Source of the DNA: Pelomyxa schiedti
Lineage: Eukaryota; Protista; Evosea
Direction: 5' to 3'
NCBI GenBank assembly: GCA_020536535.1
Contig: JAHLWZ010000796.1
Coordinates: forward strand, 62,001-126,000
Length of the DNA stretch: 64,000 nt
Every line of letters begins with the position of its first letter. Within the stretch, counting starts at the first letter, position 1. Shown here piece after piece: positions 49,891 to 62,041 of this stretch. Below the pieces are notes generated by a model. That model was given only the letters and a program-made list of their open reading frames with translations, searched no databases and was not told the origin of the DNA. The translations under genes and the position numbers were made by a program.

Positions 49891-52206
49891 ATGACTACGG
49901 GTGTGGACGGCGGATCTGCGTATAACGTGCAATCACGCCCCGCGGTATGGATCTCGTACTTTGTTGCTGTGGGTTTTTCCTGACCTTTGTCAGGCTCAGC
50001 TATCACCTGAGGCCGCGGAATATGAAAGCGAACTTGAAGGATTGACGATCAACTCAAAACCGATTATCAATAGTCTGACCATAATTGCTGGTGAGAATAT
50101 GGATGCCGCACCAGATATTGTAGCCACAATTGAAAGGCGCATAGAGACCGTATGTCCTTGGTTTTCCATTCCTTTTTTTTTTTTCTTCCACTGACACTTT
50201 GCGAAGGCTCCAAGCAACCAGAAATTGCCTGCGTTGTATTTGTTGGATTCTATCATTAAGAACATTGGAGGAGCATATGTCAACCTATTTGCACGAAACA
50301 TAGTGAACACGTTCATACGGACTTTTGTTGGTGTTGATGACAGTACACGAGAGGCCTTGCTTCGTTTACTACGTACTTGGCAACAACAACCAATTTTTCC
50401 AATGGCGGCTGTAAGGGCGATCGAAGTTGCCTTGCGACTGCCGTCACCTACAGCAGCCCCCGTACCACCTCTCCCTCCAATAGTTCCGGCTGTATCTTCT
50501 AGTGGATTTCTTGGTGAGCATGGAGGTAAGGCTTTTCTGCAATGGGTTCTTCTAAAAGTCCAACAGGAGTACAGCCAACAAACCCGTCCTTCCAGGTAAA
50601 TAGTCTAAATATAAATATATTTTCTCTTCCTTTAACTTTCTCTTAGTACCTGCCAAGACCAGATCCTCTACCACCCCCAATGCCTCTTCAACAACCCACC
50701 CTACTTCCAGCTAATGATGTACCAATACAATCACAACCGCATTTCACCCCAGACCGATGGCATTATCCTGGGAGGATGGATCAGATTCCACCTCCACAAT
50801 CACAATTGCAACCACCAATGCAGTCCCACTTACTTGCTCGTGTAAGCACCGTCACAAACAGGTTTGAGTGTGTTCATCAGCTCACCGTCATCTTACATCT
50901 CCACCACAGGGAAGCACTTGTCAATGAACTTGCTTTCGATGAGGAATCTTATTCCCGCCAGTCCATGTACCCTGTAATGCAACAACCCCCACCCCAACAA
51001 CCACCTCCACCTCAGCCACAATTCCAAGCACCCCCACCAAATATCGACCCTTATTTGTCCACCCCCCAGCCATTATATTCCCAACCAGCACCTCAATTCG
51101 CACCCCAACACCAAGAAAGACACCGACCATTCAGACGGCATCCACACGAATATGGCCCTCCAAAGATGCCTCAAAATAGGTCACATGGACCACAGATGTA
51201 TACACCACCACCACCTAATACACCAGAATGGGCAAACTCTGAGTACACAGACTATCCCCCGCAAACCCACCAGCCGGGTCGAAATGGTCCTCACTTTCCT
51301 CAGCAACAACCGTCACGATTTCCCCACCCACAGCAGCACCACCCTCCACCTCACCATAGGCCACACCAAAACTACCCTCCTCCATCACAAAATGTGCCTG
51401 CACACACGCAGTATGTACAATGCATAAAGTGAGTCCATTAGTAATTATTCTGCAGACAACACAGTGCAGTTGTAGAGGCATTGTATAGGGGAATAGGTTA
51501 TGGGGGATTTGCAGCACAATGCACAGTATAGCCTTCATTCTCCCTTTTCATTCTGACTCTACTGCAGACTTGTGGGCTCCGGTTCACAACGGCAGAGATT
51601 TTAAATCAACACATGGACTGGCACTTTGCGTGGAATAAACGGGACAAGCAAAGGGCTCATCATGCACTATCTCGCTCTTGGTTTCCGTCTGCCTTTGATT
51701 GGGCTCGCTCTCGTGCTGAATGTATTGCCTTGGTTTGTTTAACCTCAGTCACCATAATCTAGCCCCTCTGTGCCCTGACACCAGTCCAGCCGACCAGAGG
51801 GTAGTATCAACAAGCACTGGTGTTAGTACTGTCATTCCAAGTGGAGAGGCTGTGAATTTAACGGTTAGACTGCCCCAACAGAATTGCAAGACTGGCGGCA
51901 CAATTGCCCCACTAGCAGAAGTGGAACCAGCCGAGCCAATTTTTGAAGTGGTCGCAGATGACCGCCAACCGAACTGTAGTTACTGCAATGAACTATTTGT
52001 AACAAAGTATAATCATGAAAAGGAAGAATGGATGTTGCAGTGTGTGCTGAAACCCCCTCCCTTCTTGGTTAACTTGCTCTAGAAACGCTGTCATTGACCC
52101 AAGTACCAATAAAATTGTACACGTGAAGTGCTTGAATGCTGCAATGTCTGGTGAGCCCTTTTGTTAACTTCACTTTCCTCACATAGTTCCCAGGCAACAT
52201 CAATAA
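49891..52206 (+). CDS. PCF11: Pre-mRNA cleavage complex II subunit Pcf11 (CID domain + C-terminal zinc fingers), multi-exon
   Basis: CID: YESELEGLTINSKPIINSLTIIAGEN..KLPALYLLDSIIKNIGGAY..LLRTW; CGLRF..HMDWHF..SRSWF; CSYCNELF..EEWM..HVKC. Confidence 0.93.
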
Positions 52207-52432
52207 ATACATTTCTGCTGATATTTCTTCCGCTTTGAATGCCGATACAAATAATGTAAACCACGTTAACATTAAACTCAGGGTTTTCCCTTCAACAATT
52301 AAATGTTATAAAACAACCCACACTTTGCAAAGACATCGTTAGATTCATATGCCTTATCTTAAAAAAAACTACAAAACAAAAAAAGGGTGAACTACATTAT
52401 TCTGAGCCTGACCCCAAGAGACCACGTACTGC

Positions 52433-52976
52433 TTATGATTTTATGAACCAAGCAATACTTGAAACACCCATAACCAACAAAGCAATGGATGCAAATATAA
52501 CTTGCCCTCAAATCACACCAACACTAGCAAACTCACACTGAGTTCCCCTTCTATGTGGAGGTGGTATGGTTCCGAGCCATGACCGTAGCAGCTCTTGGTT
52601 CGTTTCTTTTTTGTTTTATTTCGTGTTTCTTCACTTCTTGGCAAAAAATGGAGCCAAAATAAAACAAACTATTTTTTTTTCCGTTTTCTTTTAGAAAATA
52701 AGTGAAATGGTTGGGGAGATGTATTCTCGTAGTTCCAATACTCCCATTATCTTCTGTGGGTTTGGTTGGTTGCTGGAGATTCAATTATACCTTGCTGCGT
52801 TTGTGAAATGCAATCCTTGTGTCCAAGTAAGTACGGTACTGCCGAACCGTGTATTTCTGATGCACGATAACGAACCCGGGAGCCTGAGCTCTGTGGTTTG
52901 ATGTGGTTGACTTTCTAAAACCCGGCGGCAACGCAGTTGTTGCAACAAAGAAAATTTTTTGAAATGGAATTAGCAT
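52433..52976 (-). CDS. Possible small hypothetical protein with a C-terminal hydrophobic tail
   Basis: ATG at 52976 and short exon-like segments; the last putative exon reads QVIFASIALLVMGVSSIAWFIKS*. Exon joining is ambiguous. Confidence 0.25.
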
Positions 52977-52999
52977 AGGAGCTATGGGTCAGTGCGTTT

Positions 53000-55996
53000 T
53001 TAGAGTTTGTGGGGTCTTGTTGAACTCGGAGACAGTAGGCAGAGAATGCCTATGAGAAGGTCCTTGTGAAGGTGCCCTATGGTATAGGAACAGGGAGAGG
53101 AAGTTTGTATTGCAGAGAATTTCCAGCACAGTAGGACCTGAATAACTACTTTTCGTAGCCACGGAGCACAATCCCGGTGTGATGCTGGGGTCCAGTAGCA
53201 TTCTGCCGAGAATTTCGCAATCGCGGGAAGCTGGGCCCATTTTCCAAGGGAGTCCAGGTGCTGCCGGCTTGTGAGCTGTGCTCCCCAGCGCCACAGAATG
53301 TCCGCGATGTCAATGGACTTCCGGCGAATGGCTAGGTAAAGGTGGTCCGAGTGCGGTACGGCCCCATAATCTAGCAGCAGCTTCACGACGTGTACGTTGG
53401 TGCTCTTGATGGAGTACCTGAGTGGAGTGCGTGGCTCGGGGGTGTTTGGGTCCGCGCCGGCTTTGAGGAGCATCTCTGTTTGGTCGGGGGAGTATCTGAC
53501 TGCTGTAATCAGTGTATCCGCACTTGGCTCGGCTCCGCGCTGCAGAAGAAGTGAAGTCATTTGGGAACTTGACTTGTATGAGCACACAATGGAGTGCCGG
53601 AGGTGTTCTGTATTTGGATGTGTTAGGAACTTTTGTACAAGCGGTAGCGAGCCCGCCTTAATTGATTCTATCAACGCAGACGAAGCTGCCGAAGAACATT
53701 GGGATGATAGGGTACGAGTGAAAGCTTGGGAAAAAAGTGAACAGAGGTCATCAATCCAACTTAATGGCTTGAAACCTGAAATTGAGGACTGAAGTTGATT
53801 GGCTTTCTTTACCAAAGCAGACAACAAACGAATAGTTGGTGTACTGGTAATTTTTGTGCGTATCAGCTCAAGGAAAGGGGGTCTTTGGTCTTCTTGGAGA
53901 AGAATAAGTATATTGGCGGCGGCTTTTGCAGTCTTTGTATTAGATACTGCTTTAATTGAGCAGGTGAGAAATGCGCGTAGCAACTGAAAACCCACAAGAG
54001 AAAGATGACTTCCAGACAAACTAGAAAGGATCTCCAGTGCTGTGACAGTGTGTGGGGACTGAGATTCACAGCATGATGTTATTACCTTCTTAATATTCTC
54101 AGGAATCTTCAGCAAGGAAAACAGTTTGGTAAAATGTTGGGCATCAATATGTACTACTCTCTTTCCGTCATTGATAGTCTTTAGAATGACATCAACTAAC
54201 AGGGTTTCTTGTTCTGGTGTTGGTATGAGGATTGTATTTGCAAGAACGCAAACAGCTGCTGGCAGAGTAACAGATTGACTTCCTGCTTGCAAACTTGACA
54301 CTACACATTCATAAATTTCATTTCTTTGTGAGCTTGTATAAGTGGTTGGATTTGTACGCTTCAATAGAGTACATATACAGCCTACAGTTAAACATTTATA
54401 TATTGTGCATGTGGTTGTATGCTTCATAAGAGCTGGAATGAGCACTGAACTTAATTCAGCTGAGATTGACCCAAATCGTTCCTGTTTCGCAATAATTCCC
54501 CATTTTTCTTGGCGTGCATGAGCTTGCCTCGACGAAGTTAGAGATGCACATGAACTGGAGATGATGTCTGCATCGTGAACAGCCGAGTTCTGAATAAGTG
54601 TTATGCCTAACAGTGGTGTGCTGCGTTCTATGAACTTCCTCACATCTGGAATACGCAGCAATATTGACTCCTCCATCAAAGTCAACAGGTTTGATGGTTG
54701 TGGTACCGTATTTTGGTATTTGAAAATCTTTTGGAGAGCACAAGAGAGGGCATTGCAAGAGATTGACGAGAAGGTGCCCTCACAGAGACCTTTTAAAGAT
54801 GTAAAAAGTAGTTCTTTAATAGGTTGTTTCAAAAGTGTTATCGCGCTCTCATTGGTAGCGAATTTGGAAAAGATGTGAGGGATAAAGTGAAAAATTAGTG
54901 GATCACTGGTTTCTATCAGGTGATTGAGGCACAAAAGGTTCCAATTCCTATCTATGCATACAGTGAACACAAGAAACTTCGCCAGGTGGCCGGCGACATA
55001 GTTTTGATGAACAACACTCTCTTTGCCCATCCAGTTCAGCATGTGCATAGCCGCCGCCTGCAGTCCTTCCCTTATGGGATGTTCCAAATCCAGCCACAAC
55101 GCCGGGCAGTTCCTTGCCCTTCTCGCAAACGATGCAAGCAGCATGGAAGCACCCACCACGTGCCCCTCATCAGCACCAACGTCCATGGTGTCATTAATCT
55201 CATCAGACTCACTGCTCGTCGAATAGCTATCGAACGGTTCCCCGCCATTTTCGCCATCTTCCTCATCCTCATCATCACCGTCACCATTGTCAGAGTCACC
55301 ATCGGCGTTAGCATCGGCATCGGAATCACCACTTGTGCCTGGTGAGGTTTCCCTGAGCTTCTTGTGGTACCTGACAATGTGGCGGCGGATTGTCAGCATC
55401 AAGGTCAGCAGTGACATCTCAGGCATCGCGGCCAGCATGAACCTGGCCTCCCTGCCCGACGCAGTGCGGCACAGGAACACCCGCTCCATCACTCTCCTCC
55501 CAATGACCCCCCCACTGCGGCTGGTTTTCCCCACTCGCGAGGGAGGCGCCGGGACGAGGGCCTCGTAGCGGGCCAGGTGAGGAGCCAAAGCGGCCGGCCA
55601 GTCCCAGTCCTTGTCCCTGTACAAAGGCAACCACCGCGACGCCGAGTCCGAGTCCGCGCCGCCTCGGGAGGAGCAGGAGGAGCAGCAGCTGGCGCTGGCG
55701 GGCAGGCCGGCGCCGCCGCGCCCCACTGGCTCCGCTGCGTCCCCGCTCGCGGCAGACTCTGCAAGGGAAGGAGCGGGACCCTGCGCGGGCGGAAGCCGCG
55801 CGGAATCGGGGGCGCGAGAGCGGGCCAGGGACACGGCGGACGCGGCGTCGGCGCGCTGGCGGAGGCGCGTCTGCTGGGCGCGGGAGGACACCACGGTCGC
55901 GGCGTCGTTCCACTTGGGTTCGTTGGTGCGCCTGTCCGGCAACTGATGACTGCCGTTGCTGTTGTCCTGCGTCTCTCTGGCTTCTGTTGTTTTCAT
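53000..55996 (-). CDS. Large single-exon protein with a helical-repeat middle, ankyrin repeats and a C-terminal F-box-like motif
   Basis: ~1000-aa uninterrupted ORF (first ATG 55996); ankyrin repeats LLLQRGAEP, MLLKAGADPN..TPLRYSIKSTNVHVVKLLLDYGA; tail YWTPASHRDC..VLLC..HLHKDLLIGILCLL. Confidence 0.85.
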   Translation of the reverse strand: MKTTEARETQDNSNGSHQLPDRRTNEPKWNDAATVVSSRAQQTRLRQRADAASAVSLARSRAPDSARLPPAQGPAPSLAESAASGDAAEPVGRGGAGLPASASCCSSCSSRGGADSDSASRWLPLYRDKDWDWPAALAPHLARYEALVPAPPSRVGKTSRSGGVIGRRVMERVFLCRTASGREARFMLAAMPEMSLLTLMLTIRRHIVRYHKKLRETSPGTSGDSDADANADGDSDNGDGDDEDEEDGENGGEPFDSYSTSSESDEINDTMDVGADEGHVVGASMLLASFARRARNCPALWLDLEHPIREGLQAAAMHMLNWMGKESVVHQNYVAGHLAKFLVFTVCIDRNWNLLCLNHLIETSDPLIFHFIPHIFSKFATNESAITLLKQPIKELLFTSLKGLCEGTFSSISCNALSCALQKIFKYQNTVPQPSNLLTLMEESILLRIPDVRKFIERSTPLLGITLIQNSAVHDADIISSSCASLTSSRQAHARQEKWGIIAKQERFGSISAELSSVLIPALMKHTTTCTIYKCLTVGCICTLLKRTNPTTYTSSQRNEIYECVVSSLQAGSQSVTLPAAVCVLANTILIPTPEQETLLVDVILKTINDGKRVVHIDAQHFTKLFSLLKIPENIKKVITSCCESQSPHTVTALEILSSLSGSHLSLVGFQLLRAFLTCSIKAVSNTKTAKAAANILILLQEDQRPPFLELIRTKITSTPTIRLLSALVKKANQLQSSISGFKPLSWIDDLCSLFSQAFTRTLSSQCSSAASSALIESIKAGSLPLVQKFLTHPNTEHLRHSIVCSYKSSSQMTSLLLQRGAEPSADTLITAVRYSPDQTEMLLKAGADPNTPEPRTPLRYSIKSTNVHVVKLLLDYGAVPHSDHLYLAIRRKSIDIADILWRWGAQLTSRQHLDSLGKWAQLPAIAKFSAECYWTPASHRDCAPWLRKVVIQVLLCWKFSAIQTSSPCSYTIGHLHKDLLIGILCLLSPSSTRPHKL

Positions 55997-56058
55997 CGCA
56001 TTTCTCTGAACTTGACGTTTCGTCTGCACCGAATTTTTTCGTGCTCCTTCTTAGCACC

Positions 56059-58966
56059 ATGCCGGCTGTGAGGTTGTGGCTGTTGCTGCTGTGTGTTTTG
56101 GGTCTGCAGTTTGTCGTTATGGGACGACCCGCTGCTGGGAGTGGTGGGGGGTGTGAGTTTAGAAACGCTTCAGAAATAGAGCGACTCTACGTGGTCTGGT
56201 CTAATCACTTTGATGCTGGGTAGAATTCTTTCTATCTTTCTATTTGTTTCGTCTTAGGGACCAATTTTAAGGTTCACTGATTACTTGGTCAAAGTTCTTG
56301 ACAAGTAAAACTTCTTTTTTTTTTTTTGCCCATAGGAAACACATGATTAAGGTACTTTAACCATTTCTTTCCCTTGGCTGTTCGGACTGTTAATGAACTG
56401 GACAATCGAGATACAGAAGATTATTACATTTGGACTTGTGAAGCCCCTTGGGGAATGTCCATATATTTGGATGATAACTGTGACCAGTTACTGGTACCAC
56501 AACAGATGGGGGAGCTCAACTGCCCCACTGCATTGGACCGAAAGTCTGTTATTGATACTATCAATGTTCATTCCCCCGATTCTCCTGCCACCCAACCTGC
56601 TTGACAGAGTGGAAACATCACTTGGGGAGCTCTTCCTTTTACTCCAGAAACAGAACTATTTGATGCCTCGCTATTGGCAGAAGCACTTGACTTGAACCAG
56701 CGAATTGATAGAATGCTTGGTAGGAATTCGTCCATAGTGATGAATCAAAGAGACGTTCCCATGCTCACTCGCGCAGGTTTGCATTTCCTCCTTTCTGCGA
56801 GCTCACAAAGCACATTCTCGCAGCAATCCCGGTTCTAAATTCGAAGGGAATAAGAGCTATATCTATTGGAGTAAATGGAGCAACACCACCAGCTGGTACC
56901 TCCAGTCCTTTCGTATGGCGTGACCCCATTAGGTGTGCAGTGAATGGAATCTAGTTTCTTTTCTCAGTTCATTCAACCAGTGGTGGCGAAGTAATCGTAT
57001 TTGTGCACGCAGGAGGCTATGGTGGAATTATGCCAGAAGATTTAGTGTGTGTTGACGGTTGGACAACAGCACTTGCCACCTACTGGCATGGGGATAATGA
57101 CGGCCCCCAGTATGCCGCTGAGGTTCAAAGCATATATGCAGGATTACGAGACATGTACAAAAACGCTCAAATAATCACCGGGTCTCTGGACGACTATGTC
57201 AGAGAGTTGGAGACAATAAAGGTGAAACATTTGGCAGTTCCAGTTCCATAATCTAACAATCCACAGAGCCAACTCCCTGTTGTCACTACAGAGTTTGGAG
57301 ACAGTTGGATTTATGGTGTACCTTCTGATCCATATAAGAATGCTAAATATTCTACAATCTCTCGATTAAGAAAGCAATGCGTTCTGAATGGTGAAAGTGA
57401 ATGCAACTCTGACACAAACCCTGCTTTTGCTGCTTTCAACTTATTGCTTGTGAAGTCAACCGAGCACACTTGGGGATTGAGTGTATTTGCATTTTGTTTT
57501 GTACTTTTTCCCACCTTACCCAGGTCAATGACTATCTGGCTGATTATACAAACTGGTCAAATGAAAATTTCAATTCTGTTAGGAACCAGTCCAATTTCGT
57601 TTCAATGGAAGATTCATGGAGAGAACAGCGTGAATACCTTGACAATGCGGTGCTCTCCCTTGGTTCAGCTTCCCCTCTGGCAGATGCTATTGAGGACGCA
57701 CTAACAGAAGTACGACTATCCCTTTTAATTGTGCTGAGCTGCTATAGTTACTTCCTACTATTCCAAATCCATCAGCCAGTGGCTATATCTCAGTTCCTTT
57801 GAATTCAGTATTCGAGTGCAATAACTTGGTGTACGAATTTGACACACAAAGTGGAGGAATAGCTTCTCTCAAAAATTCCCTATCTGGAACCAGCTGGGCA
57901 AGCTCTGATCATCAGATCGCTTCTTTGGTCTACCAGGTGATACATCGGGTGTTTTCAATCAATTCTTATGTAAGCAGACATTTGATGAAGATGATTACAA
58001 CAATTACTTCAACGATTACTTTTACCAGCAGGTCATCTTCCCAATTTTAGGAAAAAACTCTTAATCATCATGATAGCCTCCTCCCGATTGGATGAAAAAT
58101 GGTTCTTCGATCCCTCAATGTTTATTGTTAATGCTACAACAGATTTTGGAAAGACCGGAGTTGAAGTTGGCAATCCAGAGCATGGCACATGGTACCCTTC
58201 TTTGGCAGCTCTATGGCAACGCAACAATGACGGTTGCGACGTAATTGCTGAATTGTCATTCCCACTTGAAGCTGCAACAAATTATGGTGCCCCTATTCAT
58301 GCTTGGCTTGCAGTCGAGTCAACTACTGACTCTGACTCCTCTACACTGTCACTCACCCTCACTATCTCTAACAAGACAGCTTCCCGCCTTCCAGAATCCT
58401 GCTTCTTCTCATTCAATCCTGATACTACATCCCAACCCGGTTCGTGGTGGATTGTGAAGGTAAACACACAAATAAACAATCTCCACTCGAACACACAATT
58501 CTTTCCCTTTCCCCACAAAACAGCTCCCAATTGACAAAACATGCAGGTTGGTGAACCCGTGGACCCGCTTGACGTCGGGGTGAATGGCTCTAGCCACCTT
58601 CACGCCATTGACACCTCTGATGCATGGCCGGGCCAAAGCGGTGGATGGAATTCTGCATATGGAGAAGCCAATTCCCACACACCCTTGTTTGCTGTTGCCT
58701 CTGTGGATGTGCCCCTTATCACTGTTGACATCCTTAGCCCCTTCCCAACCCCTCTTACTCCTCTGAATTCCGTTGGTAATGGTGTTGCCTACAATATTTG
58801 GAACAACATTTGGTGTGTCCCCAAATTGATCCTGAACTAGTTATTTCCTCCCTTTTCTCACTAACGCCTCGTTTATCTCAGGGGAACAAACTATGTACAG
58901 TGGTTTCCTTTCATGATGGAAGGCGAGGGGGCCTATGCTTTCCGTTTTAATGTTCTTGCTTCTTAA
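56059..58966 (+). CDS. Secreted/lysosomal GH38-like (DUF5054-type) glycoside hydrolase, multi-exon
   Basis: Signal peptide; metal-binding VVWSNHFDAGFTD; GNITWGALPFT; RDVPMLTR; PFVWRD; GDNDGP; LPVVTTEFGDSWIYGVPSDP; EHTWG; SRLPE; NNIWGTNYVQWFP. Confidence 0.82.
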
Positions 58967-59022
58967 ACAAAAACCCAAAAAAAAGTTGAAACTTTTTCTC
59001 TTTTCCCACAGCAATAGGGGCT

Positions 59023-61787
59023 TTAGAAAACATATTGTTCATCACATATTTCCTGCAAGTCAACAACAGCCATATCAGCCTCGTAATGTAATGCTTTCTG
59101 AACAATGAAGGTGGTATTTGGAGATAATAGTATCTCGTCCTCACATCTGACATAAGATAGAGGGCACAAATCCCTTCCTGTAAGTATTGACAATCTAAAT
59201 ACTACACCCCCTTCAGTAGTGCCTGTTCCAGCAAAGTTGTATTTAGCCACATTGAGAGATGTAGTGGAAGATGAGAACCCAGTCCATCTCACTAGTCTTC
59301 CAAGGCGGTATTCTGACCGAATGCTATCGAATATAGACGGTCCAGATGATGACCTCAGTCCTGAATCTACTGAAGGCTGACGCACACCGCGATAAACAGT
59401 TGTTACAACTGCAGGAAGCTTAGCTAACGCGGAAAGCAAGTGGAATAGATAGCCACGCCAGGCTGCCATTTTCTGTGCCTAAAGAGATAGAATTCCATTA
59501 GTTTTGTTGGACTACATGGAATAAGCAACCAAGTGGCTGTTTACCTTTCTTTGACGGAGGTCATCATTGAGTGCAAAATACAAGTTGTCTTTTGGGGACT
59601 CGGCGGCCATTCCAAGATCAAAAGTATACAATGTGATTGCAAGCAGGTCATCTTCTGTAAGGTTTGCAGATCGCAAGGATACCTTCAAGGTGTGAGACAA
59701 CTTGAAGTTGTCTGAGGTTTTCACCCAACTGGAAGACCGGAACTCAGGTCACGGACAAATAGCTTGCATGTCTTCACCATGTACTGGAGCATTGGTAGCT
59801 GCAGTTGACTCTCATGGCTTAATAACTCAGTCTCAACAGAGGATGGCGTAAAGCCCGGTGGGAATCGTAAGTAATCCCGCAGAGATAAAACTTCATCCAC
59901 AGAGTCCAAAATCCTGGAAGATGATGGGGTTTTTGTTTCAGCTGCTGTGAGTATTCCGGGAGGAGGCCGGGCGGCAGCAGAAGAAGCTGCAGAATCTCGC
60001 TGATTCAGGTCAGAAGCATCTCTTCTATTTAGATCTTCTCCTTGTGCTGTTGCCGTATCAGTGCGGGTAGAGGTGCTAGTAGTCGGTGTTGTAAAAGTAG
60101 TTGAACTTGTCCTCAGCGGTGTAGGGAAAGAGGGCAAGGGGGTGGTGGTCGGGCATTCACATGACGTTTTATCACAAGTGGCATCACATATGGTGGCAAT
60201 ACTTGTGATACTTTTCTTGCATAAAGGACACAGAGGTTCTCTTTTTGAGACTCCTTTTCCACACGAGCCACATATTTGATGCATGCACTCAAGAAGCAGA
60301 AGAGTAATCGGTGCAGCATAGCACACCTGCGCGGGTAATCAAACAGAATAGTTGAGACATGGTTTTACCTTGCACATTATTGAAGCTTCATCTGGCATTA
60401 TTGGAAGGTGGGCAAGTGGTGTGAGACTGTGTTGATAGGTGACAAACGTAGGTGTGCAGTGTACTAGAGGAGGATGCTCAATTAAACTGGGATCCGCATG
60501 GCACCAGAATTGCCAGTTCCACTTATTATATTCACCACAATGAAGTTCACAAAGAGTATTCTTCTTTGATCTAAAGGTAACATTAAATATGCATATTCCT
60601 AGTGATTAGGAAACCTGTAGAAGATGTGCTTTGTGGTGGAAAGGCAAAGTCCTGATGTATCTTTGAAAACGAAGAGGATAAAGAGTCAGTGCCATTAGAA
60701 GTCAGGCTACATGAATACCCAATGCAGGCTCGCCTTGAATGTGAACAAAATCCATCAACTCCCACTTCCAAGCGTTATAGGAGCCTCTATGAAACTCTAA
60801 TACTATGCCGCTTGTGCTACATGTAACAAGAGACTGCTGGAACTCCGACATGAAAACCTTAGGGCACACAGTTATTGGGGGAACAGGGCGGCCAGAAGAC
60901 TGAATAATGGTAATGATTTTATTCACTACCCAGTGCCCAAATTCCCAGTGAATATTATAACTGGAGAGAGATTAGACCAGCTCAAAAACCGATTTCACTA
61001 AGTATGATTAGGACTTACATTTCATTGTCATGAATAAACACAAGTGTCTTATATCCCTGTGCATAGGAAATCTGGCCATTTTTAACAGCAGGCAAGTTTA
61101 GGTCTTGTCCAATACTGTAACCCTGCCAATTCCAATTATTGTATGTGCCTGGGATATCAGTCTAGCAAAACGGTTATCAATATGGACAAACCTTGATGCA
61201 ATTCTTGTAGATTTCCAGAGCCATCGAAGTAAAAGATATGTGTTGAATCTTTCAATCCAATAGCAGCAAGACAGCTTCCAGGTAATACACCAACAATATG
61301 GCCAGCCATCTTATCAACTCTGCTGGTGCTCCAAATATCATTTGAAAAGTTTAGTTCCCAAACTCCATTGTCTTCTGCTGTCTGAAATGATAAGCAAGAA
61401 TATTTCCATCTTGGAATTTACGAAGAAGAGCCGTTTTCCTCTGTCATTTACTATCAAAGCTGGGTCACATGTTGCCTTTGGGTGCCTCATTCCAATTCTA
61501 ACGCATTCAGAGATTCCACATGAGTCAGGTGTCCATCCATTGTATTCACCAGTGTGATACTCATACAACAAGCCGTTTTCTTCTTGTATTAATGGGGGGG
61601 GAAAAAAAAGGCAATGTGTCATAATTACCTCCACGAAAGAACACATGATAAGAAGAATTAGAAACATACACAGCACAAGAATTCTGAATAACGGTAAGTA
61701 ACGAAGGGGAAAGGGAAAAAAAAAAAAAAAAAAAGAGGAAGGAACAACGAAAGGGGCAGCGGGGCAAGGAGGCCTGGTTTTTGCCAT
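59023..61787 (-). CDS. Beta-propeller-like repeats + RING finger + toxin-type (R-S-E) mono-ADP-ribosyltransferase, multi-exon
   Basis: Repeats LxExHxGxYNxWxW; RING CK-VC..LECMHQICGSC..CPLCK; ART AITLYT..LYFALNDDLR, VYRGV, WTGFSSST, SYVRCEDEILLSPNTTFIV. Confidence 0.85.
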
Positions 61788-62041
61788 GGCATCGAAACAA
61801 CACCATCTCCACTGCCACCCTCCTTCTGCATTCTTATGCGTAGCGCACACGCGACCACCGCTTACCCACACCCCCAACATGTCCGAGATCTAGATCTCTT
61901 GTACCGTTTCAAAAACCAACCGTGCGCTTTTCCAGGTGCAGGAGAATTTCTCAGGTCATCAAAGATCAACAACAAGAGATCTAAAATTCCGGAGGAAGCA
62001 GAGAAAAAGTTTTGATAGGAGGAGGTGGTGTTGAGATCTCC

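Noticed and set aside
55287-56071. Several overlapping 90-210-aa ORFs in a very GC-rich block
   Set aside because: Shadow ORFs caused by stop-codon scarcity; Arg/Gly/Ala-rich with no domain, overlapping the ankyrin gene.
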